Counted from the stretch's first letter, positions 44,997 to 54,823 are shown. The stretch: 57,102 nt of DNA from an uncultured virus (IMG/VR IMGVR_UViG_2049941000_000836) (IMGVR_UViG_2049941000_000836); one strand, 5' to 3'. A program made the numbers and translations. The notes: generated by a model from the sequence alone, not told the origin.

Positions 44997-45865
44997 TGGT
45001 TGTTGCCTCCTCGGATGTCTTTCCATGCCATTGTCATCAGCGTACTGGTTTCTCGTAACCGGCTGATGATCGCAACAATCTTTGTATTGTCGTACCCTTT
45101 TGGGGTAAGAGCCTGTATCAGCGAGTCGGCGTTGTAGTTTGTGGTGATGATCGTCGGCTTCATATCCTCGTACCGGGCATTGAAGATCGAGTACAGGGTA
45201 CTCATGCTCCAATCGGAGCATTGTTCTTTTCCGAGATCGTCTACAATAAGCAGATCGACCTTTTTGTAAACGTCAAGTACCTGCGACTCTGATTTCTCTT
45301 TACTTTCAAACGAGGATTTGATGTCAAGCAGTAAGTCGCTGCTGGTCTTGCAAATGACAGGTATTCCCTGACCGAGAAGCTGCAATGCAATCGCCGCTGC
45401 GAGATGGGTCTTTCCCGTGCCATTTGTACCCTCGATGTATAAGCCGTCGCCATTGGCGTAATGACGTTTCCAGTTGTCGGCGTAGGCTTTAGCGATTTTG
45501 TAGCACCTGTCTCTTTCCGGGGTATCTCTCCGGAAGTTTTCAAACGTCCGCTGCATGAATCGTTTTTTGATTCCACTCTTGCCGATTAACTGATTGACAC
45601 GCTGCTGCAACCGTCTCCGGCGTTCCATTTCCTCGGCATTGGCTTTTTTCGTAGCCTCTGCTTCATCATGTTTCGCCCAGTATCGCTGAGCTGCTTCGCA
45701 GTCACAGCGCACAGGAAACGGCTGCCAAAGGATAACATCGTCTCCGAACAATATGCCCTGCGGTTCAAGAACAGCTCCGCAGAATTGGCATATCGTATTT
45801 TCGGGAGGCTGTCTGGTGAATTTGATTCCTCGCGCCCTTGCTTCGGACGGGGTAATGTTATTCAT
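44993..45865 (-). CDS. DnaC/IstB-like helicase loader ATPase
   Basis: N-terminal CxxC...CxC; Walker A GTNGTGKT; LLIVDDLGKE; TTN; SRL. Confidence 0.92.
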   Translation of the reverse strand: MNNITPSEARARGIKFTRQPPENTICQFCGAVLEPQGILFGDDVILWQPFPVRCDCEAAQRYWAKHDEAEATKKANAEEMERRRRLQQRVNQLIGKSGIKKRFMQRTFENFRRDTPERDRCYKIAKAYADNWKRHYANGDGLYIEGTNGTGKTHLAAAIALQLLGQGIPVICKTSSDLLLDIKSSFESKEKSESQVLDVYKKVDLLIVDDLGKEQCSDWSMSTLYSIFNARYEDMKPTIITTNYNADSLIQALTPKGYDNTKIVAIISRLRETSTLMTMAWKDIRGGNNQ

Positions 45866-46673
45866 CCGGCTGTTTCCATCCTTCGCCGCTTGGCGTGAAG
45901 TCGCTCCGGCTCTGGTTTGATCGCCCATACATTTCTCTCCTCGCGTATTCTTCTTCGACTCTCTCGGCTACCCAACTAAGAATAGCGTGATAGTCACTCT
46001 TGTATGTCCGTCCGTTCGAGCCTTTGTAATTGTCAAGTACCTGTATCATTCTGCGTACTTTCTCTTCTGAGCCGAATTTCTCTAAAAGAGCTTGGTACTC
46101 ATGCTCATACATCGTGACAAATTCTCCGTACTTGGTTTTGGGAGGGTCTTTCTTCTTTTTGGATTTCGCTGCTGCTTTCTTTTTCTCTTTTGGAGAATCT
46201 TCATCAGGCGTTTTGTTTTCCTCGGTACTATCCTCCGCAGGTTTCTCCGAACTCACCTCGGAACTTTCCTGCTTTTCTTTCAACTCGGAGGACTGATCGG
46301 GAGTAGTCGGAGTTGATGTATCATCTTGCTTTTCGGCGTTCCCGGTATCGTCGGTGCTTTCGGGTAACTCTCCGGCTAATTCAGCATTTGCCGGTTTTGC
46401 CGCCTCTTGCTGACGTTTGCGGAGATTCGTTGCTGCTGCTCCACGTCTCCCTGCCTCGGAACGCTTCTTGCAAGTCTGCTCGTACCGCGATATGTCCTTA
46501 TCAAGCTGTGTTCGTATGAACGAAAAGCACATATCAGCCGCAGCGTCCTCCAATTGAGGCTCGGTGCCATTCTCCACATAGTCGCAGATCGCGTAGAGCA
46601 GTAATGCGGCTTGCTCCAATGGCAGCTTCTTCATTTTTTCAACGTAATGTGTGTAAAAGACAAAACTTTCCAC
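45858..46673 (-). CDS. Replication initiator / replisome organiser (DUF6291-like N-terminus)
   Basis: SFVFY, Y...C.KRSEAGRRG, C-terminal YKSDYHAILSWV; upstream of the loader. Confidence 0.85.
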   Translation of the reverse strand: MESFVFYTHYVEKMKKLPLEQAALLLYAICDYVENGTEPQLEDAAADMCFSFIRTQLDKDISRYEQTCKKRSEAGRRGAAATNLRKRQQEAAKPANAELAGELPESTDDTGNAEKQDDTSTPTTPDQSSELKEKQESSEVSSEKPAEDSTEENKTPDEDSPKEKKKAAAKSKKKKDPPKTKYGEFVTMYEHEYQALLEKFGSEEKVRRMIQVLDNYKGSNGRTYKSDYHAILSWVAERVEEEYARREMYGRSNQSRSDFTPSGEGWKQPDE

Positions 46674-46697
46674 TGTGTATCCCTCTCAGCAGGCATA

Positions 46698-47399
46698 TCA
46701 GCAGACATACACTTCCGCTCCGGTGAGTGCTTGTATTTCCTTCTTGAAATTCTCCACATTGCTGTTGTTGTCTGACATGTGTAGCAGATAAATCTGTCGT
46801 AATCTGCTCATATCGTTTGCCTTGATAAATTCGATGAAGGTCTCTATGCTCATGTGGGAGAAGAATACTCTTGCCGCCAATCTGGCGGGTATCGTTCCTG
46901 CTGCTACATTTGCCTTGACAATATCGTTGGAGTAATTGCATTCTCCCATGATATGGGTCAATCCGTCAAATTTGTACTTAACGTAGTAGGTGTCGGTGAA
47001 GTAGAGTAGCTTTTCTCCCGTCTCGGTGGAAGTAATCAGGAATCCTAAAGGCTCCTGAGCGTCGTGCTGAACATCGAACGGCAATACGGTGAACGTCTGT
47101 ATTTGTATAGCTTCGAGTGCCTTTACCGGGTGAATCCGGTGACCGGCGAGTCGGGCTGCTTCTATCGTGCCTCGACTCGCATATATGCCTATTCCGGCTT
47201 TGGCTAAAGCTGCCGCCGCCTTTACATGGTCGCCGTGTTCGTGGGTAATCAGGCACCCGTCAAGCTCATGCACACGGAAATTGAGTGCTGTCTTGATCGC
47301 CTGTATTGGTTTTCCTGCATCAAGCAGCAGCGTTGTTTTGCCGTCGCTTACGGTGTATGCGTTTCCGCTGCTGCCGGACGCTATGATCGTAATAACCAT
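46698..47399 (-). CDS. MBL-fold metallohydrolase (exonuclease-like)
   Basis: SGSSGN, THEHGDH, HD, TDT, HMS. Confidence 0.92.
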   Translation of the reverse strand: MVITIIASGSSGNAYTVSDGKTTLLLDAGKPIQAIKTALNFRVHELDGCLITHEHGDHVKAAAALAKAGIGIYASRGTIEAARLAGHRIHPVKALEAIQIQTFTVLPFDVQHDAQEPLGFLITSTETGEKLLYFTDTYYVKYKFDGLTHIMGECNYSNDIVKANVAAGTIPARLAARVFFSHMSIETFIEFIKANDMSRLRQIYLLHMSDNNSNVENFKKEIQALTGAEVYVC

Positions 47400-47406
47400 C
47401 AGAAAA

Positions 47407-48222
47407 TCAATAATCCATAGGCGGGATGGGCGGTTCGGGAGGAACAGCCGGGGCGTTGATGACTTCTCCGGTATCGGAGTCGATAACGACTTTCGGTTCG
47501 GTGACGGTCACAGCGTTTGCATTGCTCATAATATCGCTCCGGGACGCTGCCTCCGCTGCTTCGACCTCCATGCGTTCCGCTTGCTGCATCTGCGTAGACA
47601 TCGGACCGTATTTCAGAATCTGTCTGATGACGGTCTTTTTTGCCATGCTGTCGAAGTCGGACTGCCATGGACCGCTGCTGTACGCCGGGCTGTATTTCTT
47701 GCCGTAGGCTTTGATCTGCTCAACAGTCATATAAAAGGTCTTTTCAAATCCGTTGATGAGCTTGAAATATGCGAAGTAGCCAATTGCCTTATCACTGGTG
47801 CGCTCTCCCATGATTCTCAGTGCGCCGCTCAGCCGATCAAAAGCGATTTCCTCTCCCTCATAAATGCAGTCGGCGTTGAGTCTGTTATACTGACCGCTGC
47901 GGAGCGCGAGCTGAATCAAGCCTTTGTAGCCGATGATGAATGTGGGTCTGTTTTTGAACGGAACGACATACGCATATCCGAGGCTCTTTACTAACGGGAG
48001 GTTAAGGCTTGCCGCTTTCAGGCATTCGGCAATGACTGCCTGAGGGTCGCAGTTCTGGAGATACTTATCGTTCTCGTACAGGTCAAGCATGGAGGCGATA
48101 AACTGCTTTCCCTCCTCTTTGCCGCCGCAAGCGGATGCCATGCGCTTTACCATTTCGGGCGTATTGATCGCACCTTTGAAATTTCCGACATTTGCTAACT
48201 GGTTCTGTGACTGATATGCCAT
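47407..48222 (-). CDS. recT: RecT-family single-strand annealing protein
   Basis: LGYAY.VPF, GYKGLIQLALRSGQY, W..DFDSMAKKTV. Confidence 0.93.
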   Translation of the reverse strand: MAYQSQNQLANVGNFKGAINTPEMVKRMASACGGKEEGKQFIASMLDLYENDKYLQNCDPQAVIAECLKAASLNLPLVKSLGYAYVVPFKNRPTFIIGYKGLIQLALRSGQYNRLNADCIYEGEEIAFDRLSGALRIMGERTSDKAIGYFAYFKLINGFEKTFYMTVEQIKAYGKKYSPAYSSGPWQSDFDSMAKKTVIRQILKYGPMSTQMQQAERMEVEAAEAASRSDIMSNANAVTVTEPKVVIDSDTGEVINAPAVPPEPPIPPMDY

Positions 48223-48245
48223 AATAATTCTCCTTTGTTCATTGA

Positions 48246-50231
48246 TTATTCATTGTTTTGCTCGACTACGAGTCTGAGCTTTTTATCAGCCTCGCTTACG
48301 ACGAGGCGAATTACCTGCGTGTCGGTGTCGATAAGGTGGGTAACGCTTTCGGCGTTGTCTACGAATATCGGCATTTTGATTCCCCAGAAGTCGGACAGGG
48401 TAGAGATGATCTCCAATCCGGCGTTGATTCTGGCTGCATTGTTAGCGAACGAATAGGGAACGAGTCTGCCATTGTCGGTGGGAATCATGACCTCACAATC
48501 CTCTTTCAAGCCGCCGTTAATCTGCTCGACGAACAAGCGGAACCGGACAGTTTTGAATCTGGCGTTTATCCTCTCGGTCAGTGCTTCGACCTTTTTTTTC
48601 GTAAAGAGATCGCACAGGTAAAGACCCTTATCGAGCTTTTCGTACTCTGCGGAGAGCTGCTTTTCCTGCTTTTCAAGCTCTGCGATACGCTTCTTTTGTT
48701 CGGCTGCTGCTCTTATTCTCGCAACCAGATCGCGACGATTCTCAATCTGCGCATCAAGGGTAGCTATCTCGCTATTCAGCCCCACAAGAGCGTCCTGAGC
48801 CGCCGAACGTGTATCGTTCAAATGATGGGTAAGCTCTTCTATCTCTGCGTTGATCGCTGCGTACGGAGCTGTATTCTCGAACGGTTCTGTAGGAATGAGC
48901 TTCGAGCGGTATTCCTCTGCACGAGCTTCTTCAGCAGCCTGTTTCGCTTTCGCTTTGTCTCGCTGCTGTCTCAGAGCTTCGATTTCATCCTCCAAAGCCT
49001 TAATCTTATCTTTGGAGCACTCTCTCTGACCTCTGGCGTTATTCGCCGCAAGACGTTCGCTGCGAGAGGTGTTAAATTCTGCTCTGAGCTGTTCTACCTG
49101 CTCCTCCGGGAGAGGCTGATGGCAGGTCGGGCAGAAGCCTTTCCCTTCATCCCACGTCTCGCTGCTGATTTTCTGGTATTCTTCTACCAATTCAGAACGG
49201 CGACGTTTCGTCGCTTCGAGGACAGCCTCTTTGTTTGAAATGCGGATTTCGCAGTCGGACGCTTCTTTCTCGGCGATTGCCGCTGCTCTGTTGGAATTGG
49301 AGATTTCTACTCTTACAGCGTGGTTACTTCTTTCATTAGCTTCGATATAGGCTGTTCTTGCCTCCGCGAGTTCAGCCCTTTTCTGGGCGAGTCTCTGGCG
49401 TACCTCGGATGTTACCGTATCGCCTCTCGATACGTCGCTCCGTCTTTCGCCGAGTGCGGTACGCTGACTCTGCAGGTCTGCTATTTCCTCGATGAGCTTC
49501 TTTTCGCTCAATCCCTCGGTATCAGGGATGGCTTTATTTGCCTCGTCAATCCTTGCGGGGATTTCTGCAAGCCGCTTGTTGATGTCGGCTCTCTTTGCGG
49601 ACGCAATTTTCCGGTACTCCTCGGTCGAATAGTACCGGTCTGTTGCACCTGCCATTCGGAGGAAGTCGGGAAGCTCTCTGAGTTCATCGTTGGAATAGAT
49701 GATCTCTTCATCGGTGATGTCGCCGCAGACTTCCAGAAGAATTTTTCTGCGGGAATCCCACGGGAGCTGATCGGCGAAGTAGTCGAGCATCGTAATCATT
49801 CTGATTTTCTCGGAGTCGCCGCCGCAGTAGTTGAGGACTGCTGCCGAAAAGTCTTTTTCTTTGGTCGGAACACCGTCGATCTCGTAGTCGATGGTATGTC
49901 CGGTAAATTCCTCTCTGGTTGACCCGCGCTTCTTGCGATATACTTCTTTCAGGGTCTTTTTCAGGGTAACAATTCGTCCGTCATCCGTGCGGAACGTCGC
50001 CTCCGAGCTGTGTTCCAGATGGTGGAGATCGTCGTTTTCTCCTCTGGTCTTGGGCGTGAAGCCTTTTGCGCCTGTACTCGATTTGTCGAAAAGCAGCCAT
50101 GTCAGGGCGTTGTAGACCGTGGTCTTTCCGGTGGCGTTATCGCCGTAGACGCTGCCTGAGTTGCCGTTGAAATCGAGCGTCAGCGACGAAATCCCCTGAA
50201 AGTTGGTAAGCGTGAGATTAAGCAACTTCAT
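48246..50231 (-). CDS. Rad50/SbcC-like coiled-coil AAA ATPase
   Basis: GDNATGKT, central CPTC hook, IFVDNAES. Confidence 0.9.
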   Translation of the reverse strand: MKLLNLTLTNFQGISSLTLDFNGNSGSVYGDNATGKTTVYNALTWLLFDKSSTGAKGFTPKTRGENDDLHHLEHSSEATFRTDDGRIVTLKKTLKEVYRKKRGSTREEFTGHTIDYEIDGVPTKEKDFSAAVLNYCGGDSEKIRMITMLDYFADQLPWDSRRKILLEVCGDITDEEIIYSNDELRELPDFLRMAGATDRYYSTEEYRKIASAKRADINKRLAEIPARIDEANKAIPDTEGLSEKKLIEEIADLQSQRTALGERRSDVSRGDTVTSEVRQRLAQKRAELAEARTAYIEANERSNHAVRVEISNSNRAAAIAEKEASDCEIRISNKEAVLEATKRRRSELVEEYQKISSETWDEGKGFCPTCHQPLPEEQVEQLRAEFNTSRSERLAANNARGQRECSKDKIKALEDEIEALRQQRDKAKAKQAAEEARAEEYRSKLIPTEPFENTAPYAAINAEIEELTHHLNDTRSAAQDALVGLNSEIATLDAQIENRRDLVARIRAAAEQKKRIAELEKQEKQLSAEYEKLDKGLYLCDLFTKKKVEALTERINARFKTVRFRLFVEQINGGLKEDCEVMIPTDNGRLVPYSFANNAARINAGLEIISTLSDFWGIKMPIFVDNAESVTHLIDTDTQVIRLVVSEADKKLRLVVEQNNE

Positions 50232-50259
50232 ATAATTTCTTTCCTTTCAAAAATTTCTC

Positions 50260-50345
50260 TTGCAATTTGCGGATGTTTATGCTATACTTGTGGTGTTGAT
50301 CTGTGAAATGCCTGCGACCCTCGTGTCGTGGGCTTTTCTTTTTAT
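50260..50345 (+). ncRNA. Putative short antisense RNA unit (promoter plus ~50-nt transcript)
   Basis: TTGCAA-17-TATACT with TG, then GCCTGCGAC/GTCGTGGGC hairpin and T-run. Confidence 0.5.
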
Positions 50346-50549
50346 GTCGGAAATCGTGAATACTGAGAATCGTGAGTTTTTGATGATCTCCTCCGTAAGG
50401 AGATCGAGATACCAAGGCTCTCTGCGCTGCCCGTCCATATCTCCCTCAATTGAGATGATATGTTCGAGCTTTTTTTCTGCTGCTCTCCTCGCGTTATTCC
50501 ATTCCTCCGGGGTAATGCTTGTAGCCAGATATTCTTCTACGCCGTCCAC
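50277..50549 (-). CDS. Hypothetical protein
   Basis: GGAGG plus GTG start. Confidence 0.65.
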   Translation of the reverse strand: MDGVEEYLATSITPEEWNNARRAAEKKLEHIISIEGDMDGQRREPWYLDLLTEEIIKNSRFSVFTISDIKRKAHDTRVAGISQINTTSIA

Positions 50550-50808
50550 TGTATCGCCTCCTCTCGCGCTCTACAGCGTCCTTGTATTCTCTAATGAGCC
50601 ACGCCCAGAACCAAACGACCATTGCAGCAGCACCAATCCATACCGCCAACGGCGCGTTGTCTGAAATCCATTCCGGGAGCGCGAGAATCGCAAAGATGAT
50701 TCCGCAGACAATGGCTGCTGCGAGTGCATAAAGCAGTCCTTTGCAAGCCAAATAAAGCAGCAATGCCATTACGGGGTGATCGTCCTGAAATTTCCTTCTC
50801 TTACGCAT
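50494..50808 (-). CDS. Two-TM membrane protein
   Basis: Hydrophobic segments. Confidence 0.6.
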   Translation of the reverse strand: MRKRRKFQDDHPVMALLLYLACKGLLYALAAAIVCGIIFAILALPEWISDNAPLAVWIGAAAMVVWFWAWLIREYKDAVERERRRYSGRRRRISGYKHYPGGME

Positions 50809-51017
50809 TTCTTTCCGCTCCTCCTCTCTTCGATGTACTTCTTGTATTCGCTGTCAAGACCCTGTGCGGTGATGAAGTCGGCAAAGGCTCTCATAGCTCC
50901 GTAAAGCTCGTTACCCTTTGGGGTTTCAGCCCATCCGCTATCACAGGCTCGTTTGTAGTCGAGGCTGTACTTGTATGCCGTCTCGATGATCGCGTGAACT
51001 ATCATTTTTTCTTTCAC
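50769..51017 (-). CDS. Hypothetical protein
   Basis: Operon context. Confidence 0.55.
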   Translation of the reverse strand: MKEKMIVHAIIETAYKYSLDYKRACDSGWAETPKGNELYGAMRAFADFITAQGLDSEYKKYIEERRSGKKCVREGNFRTITP

Positions 51018-51198
51018 TCTCTTTCGTTTCGTTTACTGCTTTTTCCGTCGCTGCTGCTGACAAATGCTTTACGACGGTTTCTGCGACGCTGCGGAGTATG
51101 TTGTCGATCTGCTGCTGCTCATGTACGCAATAATCGTCACAAATCATCACTCGCGTTTTGCCGAACATAAGGTCGAGTACAATATGTCCTTCTTCCAC
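50941..51198 (-). CDS. Hypothetical protein
   Basis: GGAGGTG RBS; G.TRV.ICDDYC. Confidence 0.65.
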   Translation of the reverse strand: MEEGHIVLDLMFGKTRVMICDDYCVHEQQQIDNILRSVAETVVKHLSAAATEKAVNETKESERKNDSSRDHRDGIQVQPRLQTSL

Positions 51199-51209
51199 CG
51201 GCTCACCTC

Positions 51210-51704
51210 CTATGCGAATGTTCCGAGCTTCGCTGCTCTTTCCAAGACTGCCAGGTTTTCGTCTGCTCTCCGGCGAAATTCGAGTAACCGGCTGCGGAGT
51301 AACGGGACCGCGCTTCTATCCTCATCGTTCAGCTCTCCGTCCTCCATAAGGAGGGAAATCTGCCGGATGATCTGCTCCATTTCGTACACCGAATTTTGGA
51401 GCCGTATCAAAGCTCTTTCGGCTGGCATTTCCGGTATCTCTCGGCAGTCTTTTCCGAGCGGACATTCGTTGACGCAGTACCACTGGCGCAGCTCCGGCTC
51501 GTTGTATGCGTCTGCCATGAGCGCAACCACGATATTTGGCGGTCTGGAAATATCAAGCTCGTATTTCTTTAAGCAATCCTCCGTGACTCCCGGCAGCACT
51601 TCAATCGCTCCGGCTCTGGTCAACAATCGCTCGTTGTACTTTGCAGCCCTCATTCGTGCTTCGTAGTACCTGTTACCCACCGCCTTTGTTGCCTGTCTCG
51701 GCAT
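51210..51704 (-). CDS. CII-like / XRE-type phage regulator
   Basis: HTH (RAGAIEVL.GVTEDCLKKYE); Y..PEL..WYC..ECP.G; directly after cro. Confidence 0.75.
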   Translation of the reverse strand: MPRQATKAVGNRYYEARMRAAKYNERLLTRAGAIEVLPGVTEDCLKKYELDISRPPNIVVALMADAYNEPELRQWYCVNECPLGKDCREIPEMPAERALIRLQNSVYEMEQIIRQISLLMEDGELNDEDRSAVPLLRSRLLEFRRRADENLAVLERAAKLGTFA

Positions 51705-51829
51705 TTACCTTCACCCCCTTTCGGAGTAAAATAAAGGCAGTTGACAACCTCCCCACAATGAAGCTGATTTGTGCTGCTCAGAACCAAAATTGACCCGTTT
51801 CGGGTCGCTGATGCGCAAAAAAAATAAGT

Positions 51830-52057
51830 TTAGGTATTCTTTTGTGCAATCTGGCTCTGGCGGGGAGCGACGTTCTCGAAGATGTCGTCATTCGTGTATC
51901 GGAGAGCCCTCTTTATCCTGAGCGCAAGCGCGAGTGACGGGTTCTTATCTCCGGTCTCGATCTGGCTGTAATGATTCCGGCTCGTACCTACTACGGCACT
52001 GAACGTCGCCTGAGTGAATCCCATAGCCTGACGTCGCTTTTGAAGCCTGATTCTCAT
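51830..52057 (-). CDS. Cro-like XRE HTH protein
   Basis: TQ....VVGTSRNHYSQIETG.KNPS; divergent from the repressor. Confidence 0.88.
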   Translation of the reverse strand: MRIRLQKRRQAMGFTQATFSAVVGTSRNHYSQIETGDKNPSLALALRIKRALRYTNDDIFENVAPRQSQIAQKNT

Positions 52058-52111
52058 AGAATCCCACCTTTCTTTTCCCCTTTGGCGTTGCGTTTCGGGG
52101 TTTATATGTTA

Positions 52112-52140
52112 ATTATAGTCCCTTTTTGGGGCGTTGTCAA
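52112..52140 (-). promoter_or_regulatory. Main early lytic promoter with an operator in the spacer
   Basis: TTGACA-ACGCCCCAAAAAGGGAC-TATAAT. Confidence 0.9.
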
Positions 52141-52236
52141 TGATTTTTTTAGTAAATTTTAAAAAATGCTGATTTTAGGAGCATTGACTTCCCAAAATGG
52201 ATATTTGATGTATAATTATCTTGGAGGTGCGTTTAT

Positions 52237-52827
52237 ATGTCACAGAAATTTGCTGCTCGCCTTATCGCGCTGCGGAAAGAGCGTGGTCTTTCGCAGGAGG
52301 ATATAGGTAAAATAATCAACAAAAAGCGGTCTACAATCTCTGGTTACGAGACGGAAGGAAAAGAGCCTGACATTGATACGATTTGCGTTTTGGCTGACTA
52401 CTTCGATGTGTCAACTGATTATCTCCTCGGAAATGCAGATCGCCGTCGGAATGTTGATACTGTCTTTTTCAACGATACGCAAAACATCCGTAAGCATTAC
52501 GAGGCTGCTCCTGAACAGACTCAGATTCAGACTGCGAATCTGTTTGACAGCTTCTACCGGCTGATCGTCCGTGATGTGCAGTGCGGTCGCCCTGAGCGTT
52601 TGGAAGTCTACAACGAGTTGTTCAAGAGTCTGTCTGCCTACCGCGCACAAATAATCCGGACGGTTGATCTGGCTCACGGTTCTCTCGACCCGGCTGCGCT
52701 TTCTGCAATCATGTCCCTGCAATCAGACATGAAAAATGACGTTTCTGCCAGTTTGGATAAGCTAATGCAAGCGGATTTTTCCATTTCGTTTGAAGCCGCA
52801 AAAGGTAATTCCGGCGAGGTGGAGTAA
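52237..52827 (+). CDS. CI-like XRE repressor
   Basis: LSQEDIG....KRSTISGYE..GKEP...LADYFDVSTDYLLG; stop overlaps the integrase start (TAATG). Confidence 0.9.
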   Translation: MSQKFAARLIALRKERGLSQEDIGKIINKKRSTISGYETEGKEPDIDTICVLADYFDVSTDYLLGNADRRRNVDTVFFNDTQNIRKHYEAAPEQTQIQTANLFDSFYRLIVRDVQCGRPERLEVYNELFKSLSAYRAQIIRTVDLAHGSLDPAALSAIMSLQSDMKNDVSASLDKLMQADFSISFEAAKGNSGEVE

Positions 52828-54395
52828 TGCAGTATTGTCTTTATTTGCGAAAAAGCCGCGCCGATATGGAGGCTGAAGCTCATGGCGAAGGTGAGACACT
52901 TGCCCGTCACGAAAAGCTGCTTCTTGAAGTTGCAAAGCGTGGGAATTACAATGTCACGCAGATTTATCGGGAGGTCGTTTCCGGCGAAACTCTGGCAGCG
53001 CGTCCGGTCATGCAGCAGCTTCTTTCCGAAGTGGAACAGGGTGTATGGTCTGGCGTTCTGGTCGTGGAAGTGGAACGCCTTGCCCGTGGAGATACTATCG
53101 ACCAGGGCATCGTCGCTCAGGCTTTCAAATACTCCGACACCAAGATAATCACTCCGGTCAAGGTCTATGACCCTAACAACGAATTTGACGAGGAGTATTT
53201 TGAGTTCGGTCTGTTTATGTCTCGCCGTGAATACAAGACGATTAACCGCCGCTTGCAGCGTGGTCGCCTCGCTGCGTCCAAAGAGGGTAAACACGTTGGA
53301 GGCTCAAGCCCTTACGGGTATGTCCGGGCAAAGATCGAGGGTGATAAAGGTTGGACCCTTGCTATTAACGAGGAAGAGGCTGCTGTCGTAAGGATGATCT
53401 TCAAGATGTACACGACCGGCGATATAATGCCTGACGGAACAATTCGTCATATAGGAGTTGCGCAAATCGCGGGTCGTCTTGACGCTATGGGAATACCTAC
53501 GCCATCTGGCGGGAATGAGTGGTCTACTTGTACTTTGCGTACTATGTTAACAAATCCGGTTTACATTGGCAAAATCCGTTGGAATCACATGAGAACAAAA
53601 AAGGTCGTCGAGGATGGGAATGTATCTGCGAAGCGGTATTTTTCTGATTCTGCTGACGAGCTGATTGTAGATGGTCTGCATCCTGCAATTGTGTCGGAGG
53701 AAGTGTTTGATAAGGCTGCGGAATTGATGGCAAGCAACTTGCCAAGGACAAATGGCTGCTGCTCACTAAAGAATCCTCTTGCCGGACTGGTCTATTGTAA
53801 GATGTGTGGTCGGCGTATGGTTAAGCGTTCTAATCATCATCCCTTACTTCGGTGTACGAATCGGCATTGCCGGTGTCCCGGTTCCCAAATCGAGTTGATC
53901 GAGAAAAGAATAATCGAGGGTCTTTCCGTCTGGCTGAATGATTACCGGTCAAGGTATTCGGATTTGCCGTCTGCAAGTTCCTCCGTTGTAATCGAAGCTG
54001 CCGGGGCTGCTGTCAGGCGTTTGGAATCAGAGGTAGAGAGAATCACCAGTATGCAGCGTAAGACGCACGAACTGCTCGAACAGGGAATTTATGACACTGA
54101 CACTTTCCTAGATCGGTCTAAACTGCTTCTTGAACAGCTTTCGGCTGCAAGAGCTTCTTTGGAAAATGCCCGTTCTGCTTTGGAGGCTGAAAAGCTCCGG
54201 GAAGAAAACAAAAAGCTGATTATTCCAAAGGTCGAACACCTGCTCGACGTGTATTATGATCTGCCAAATGCTCAGGCAAAAAATGACCTGCTCAGAACAG
54301 TCCTTGAAAAGGTCGTTTATTATCGGGAAAAGAGAGCCGTGAGAGGCAGCAACCTTGAAGAATTTGAGTTGCAGCTTTTTCCGAAACTACCATAA
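52827..54395 (+). CDS. int: Large serine recombinase (phage integrase)
   Basis: YLRKS catalytic Ser, RLARG, PYGY, NPVYIG, zinc ribbon CKMCG...C....C, coiled coil. Confidence 0.97.
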   Translation: MQYCLYLRKSRADMEAEAHGEGETLARHEKLLLEVAKRGNYNVTQIYREVVSGETLAARPVMQQLLSEVEQGVWSGVLVVEVERLARGDTIDQGIVAQAFKYSDTKIITPVKVYDPNNEFDEEYFEFGLFMSRREYKTINRRLQRGRLAASKEGKHVGGSSPYGYVRAKIEGDKGWTLAINEEEAAVVRMIFKMYTTGDIMPDGTIRHIGVAQIAGRLDAMGIPTPSGGNEWSTCTLRTMLTNPVYIGKIRWNHMRTKKVVEDGNVSAKRYFSDSADELIVDGLHPAIVSEEVFDKAAELMASNLPRTNGCCSLKNPLAGLVYCKMCGRRMVKRSNHHPLLRCTNRHCRCPGSQIELIEKRIIEGLSVWLNDYRSRYSDLPSASSSVVIEAAGAAVRRLESEVERITSMQRKTHELLEQGIYDTDTFLDRSKLLLEQLSAARASLENARSALEAEKLREENKKLIIPKVEHLLDVYYDLPNAQAKNDLLRTVLEKVVYYREKRAVRGSNLEEFELQLFPKLP

Positions 54396-54397
54396 AC

Positions 54398-54435
54398 AAA
54401 AAGCCGTCCTGACTTGCTTTCGGGGCGGCTTTTTT
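54398..54435 (+). terminator. Intrinsic, probably bidirectional, terminator after the integrase
   Basis: AAAAAGCCGTCCTGA...TCGGGGCGGCTTTTT. Confidence 0.85.
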
Positions 54436-54458
54436 ACTGACATCATAGTTATCCTCAT
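54434..54458. other. Right attachment site: attP arm TTACTGACATCATAGTTATCCTC plus AT core
   Basis: Mirror of 1554-1578; immediately after the integrase terminator. Confidence 0.8.
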
Positions 54459-54535
54459 AATTCGGCATACTCTGCTCAAATCATGCCTAAATTCGGGCTA
54501 AAAACCCATTTCTGCAGAATGTGTACGAATTGCGT

Positions 54536-54679
54536 CTAATTCCGAAGCCCCTGACGCTCGTGAAAATAATGGATCGCGTCCTCTATCGGACGGATGGTGT
54601 AACGCAGGTTTCCGTTGTAAGTCCGACCATCTCTGGTGTGGATTCTGGTTGGTTCAGTGGTGATGAATTGTTTTTCTTC
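54536..54679 (-). pseudogene. 5'-truncated host HTH-domain gene remnant (EEKQFITTEPTRIHTRDGRTYNGNLRYTIRPIEDAIHYFHERQGLRN*)
   Basis: In-frame stop immediately upstream; paralogous to 1416-1539. Confidence 0.5.
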
Positions 54680-54823
54680 CTACGATAATCGTGTCGTTCC
54701 ATCGCAGAAAAATCTTTTCAGGAGTGCAACGTCCTTTGCAAATCATCAGAGGACAAGGATTCCCTGAGTGCATAAGCCCACAGCAAACCGTGGAGGACAC
54801 TCCGAAATATTTTNNNNNNNNNN

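Larger units (their letters stand above)
1556..54458. mobile_element. Temperate siphovirus prophage (~52.9 kb) integrated by a large serine recombinase
   Basis: Integration, immunity, replication, packaging, head, tail and lysis modules all present between matching att half-sites. Confidence 0.95.
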
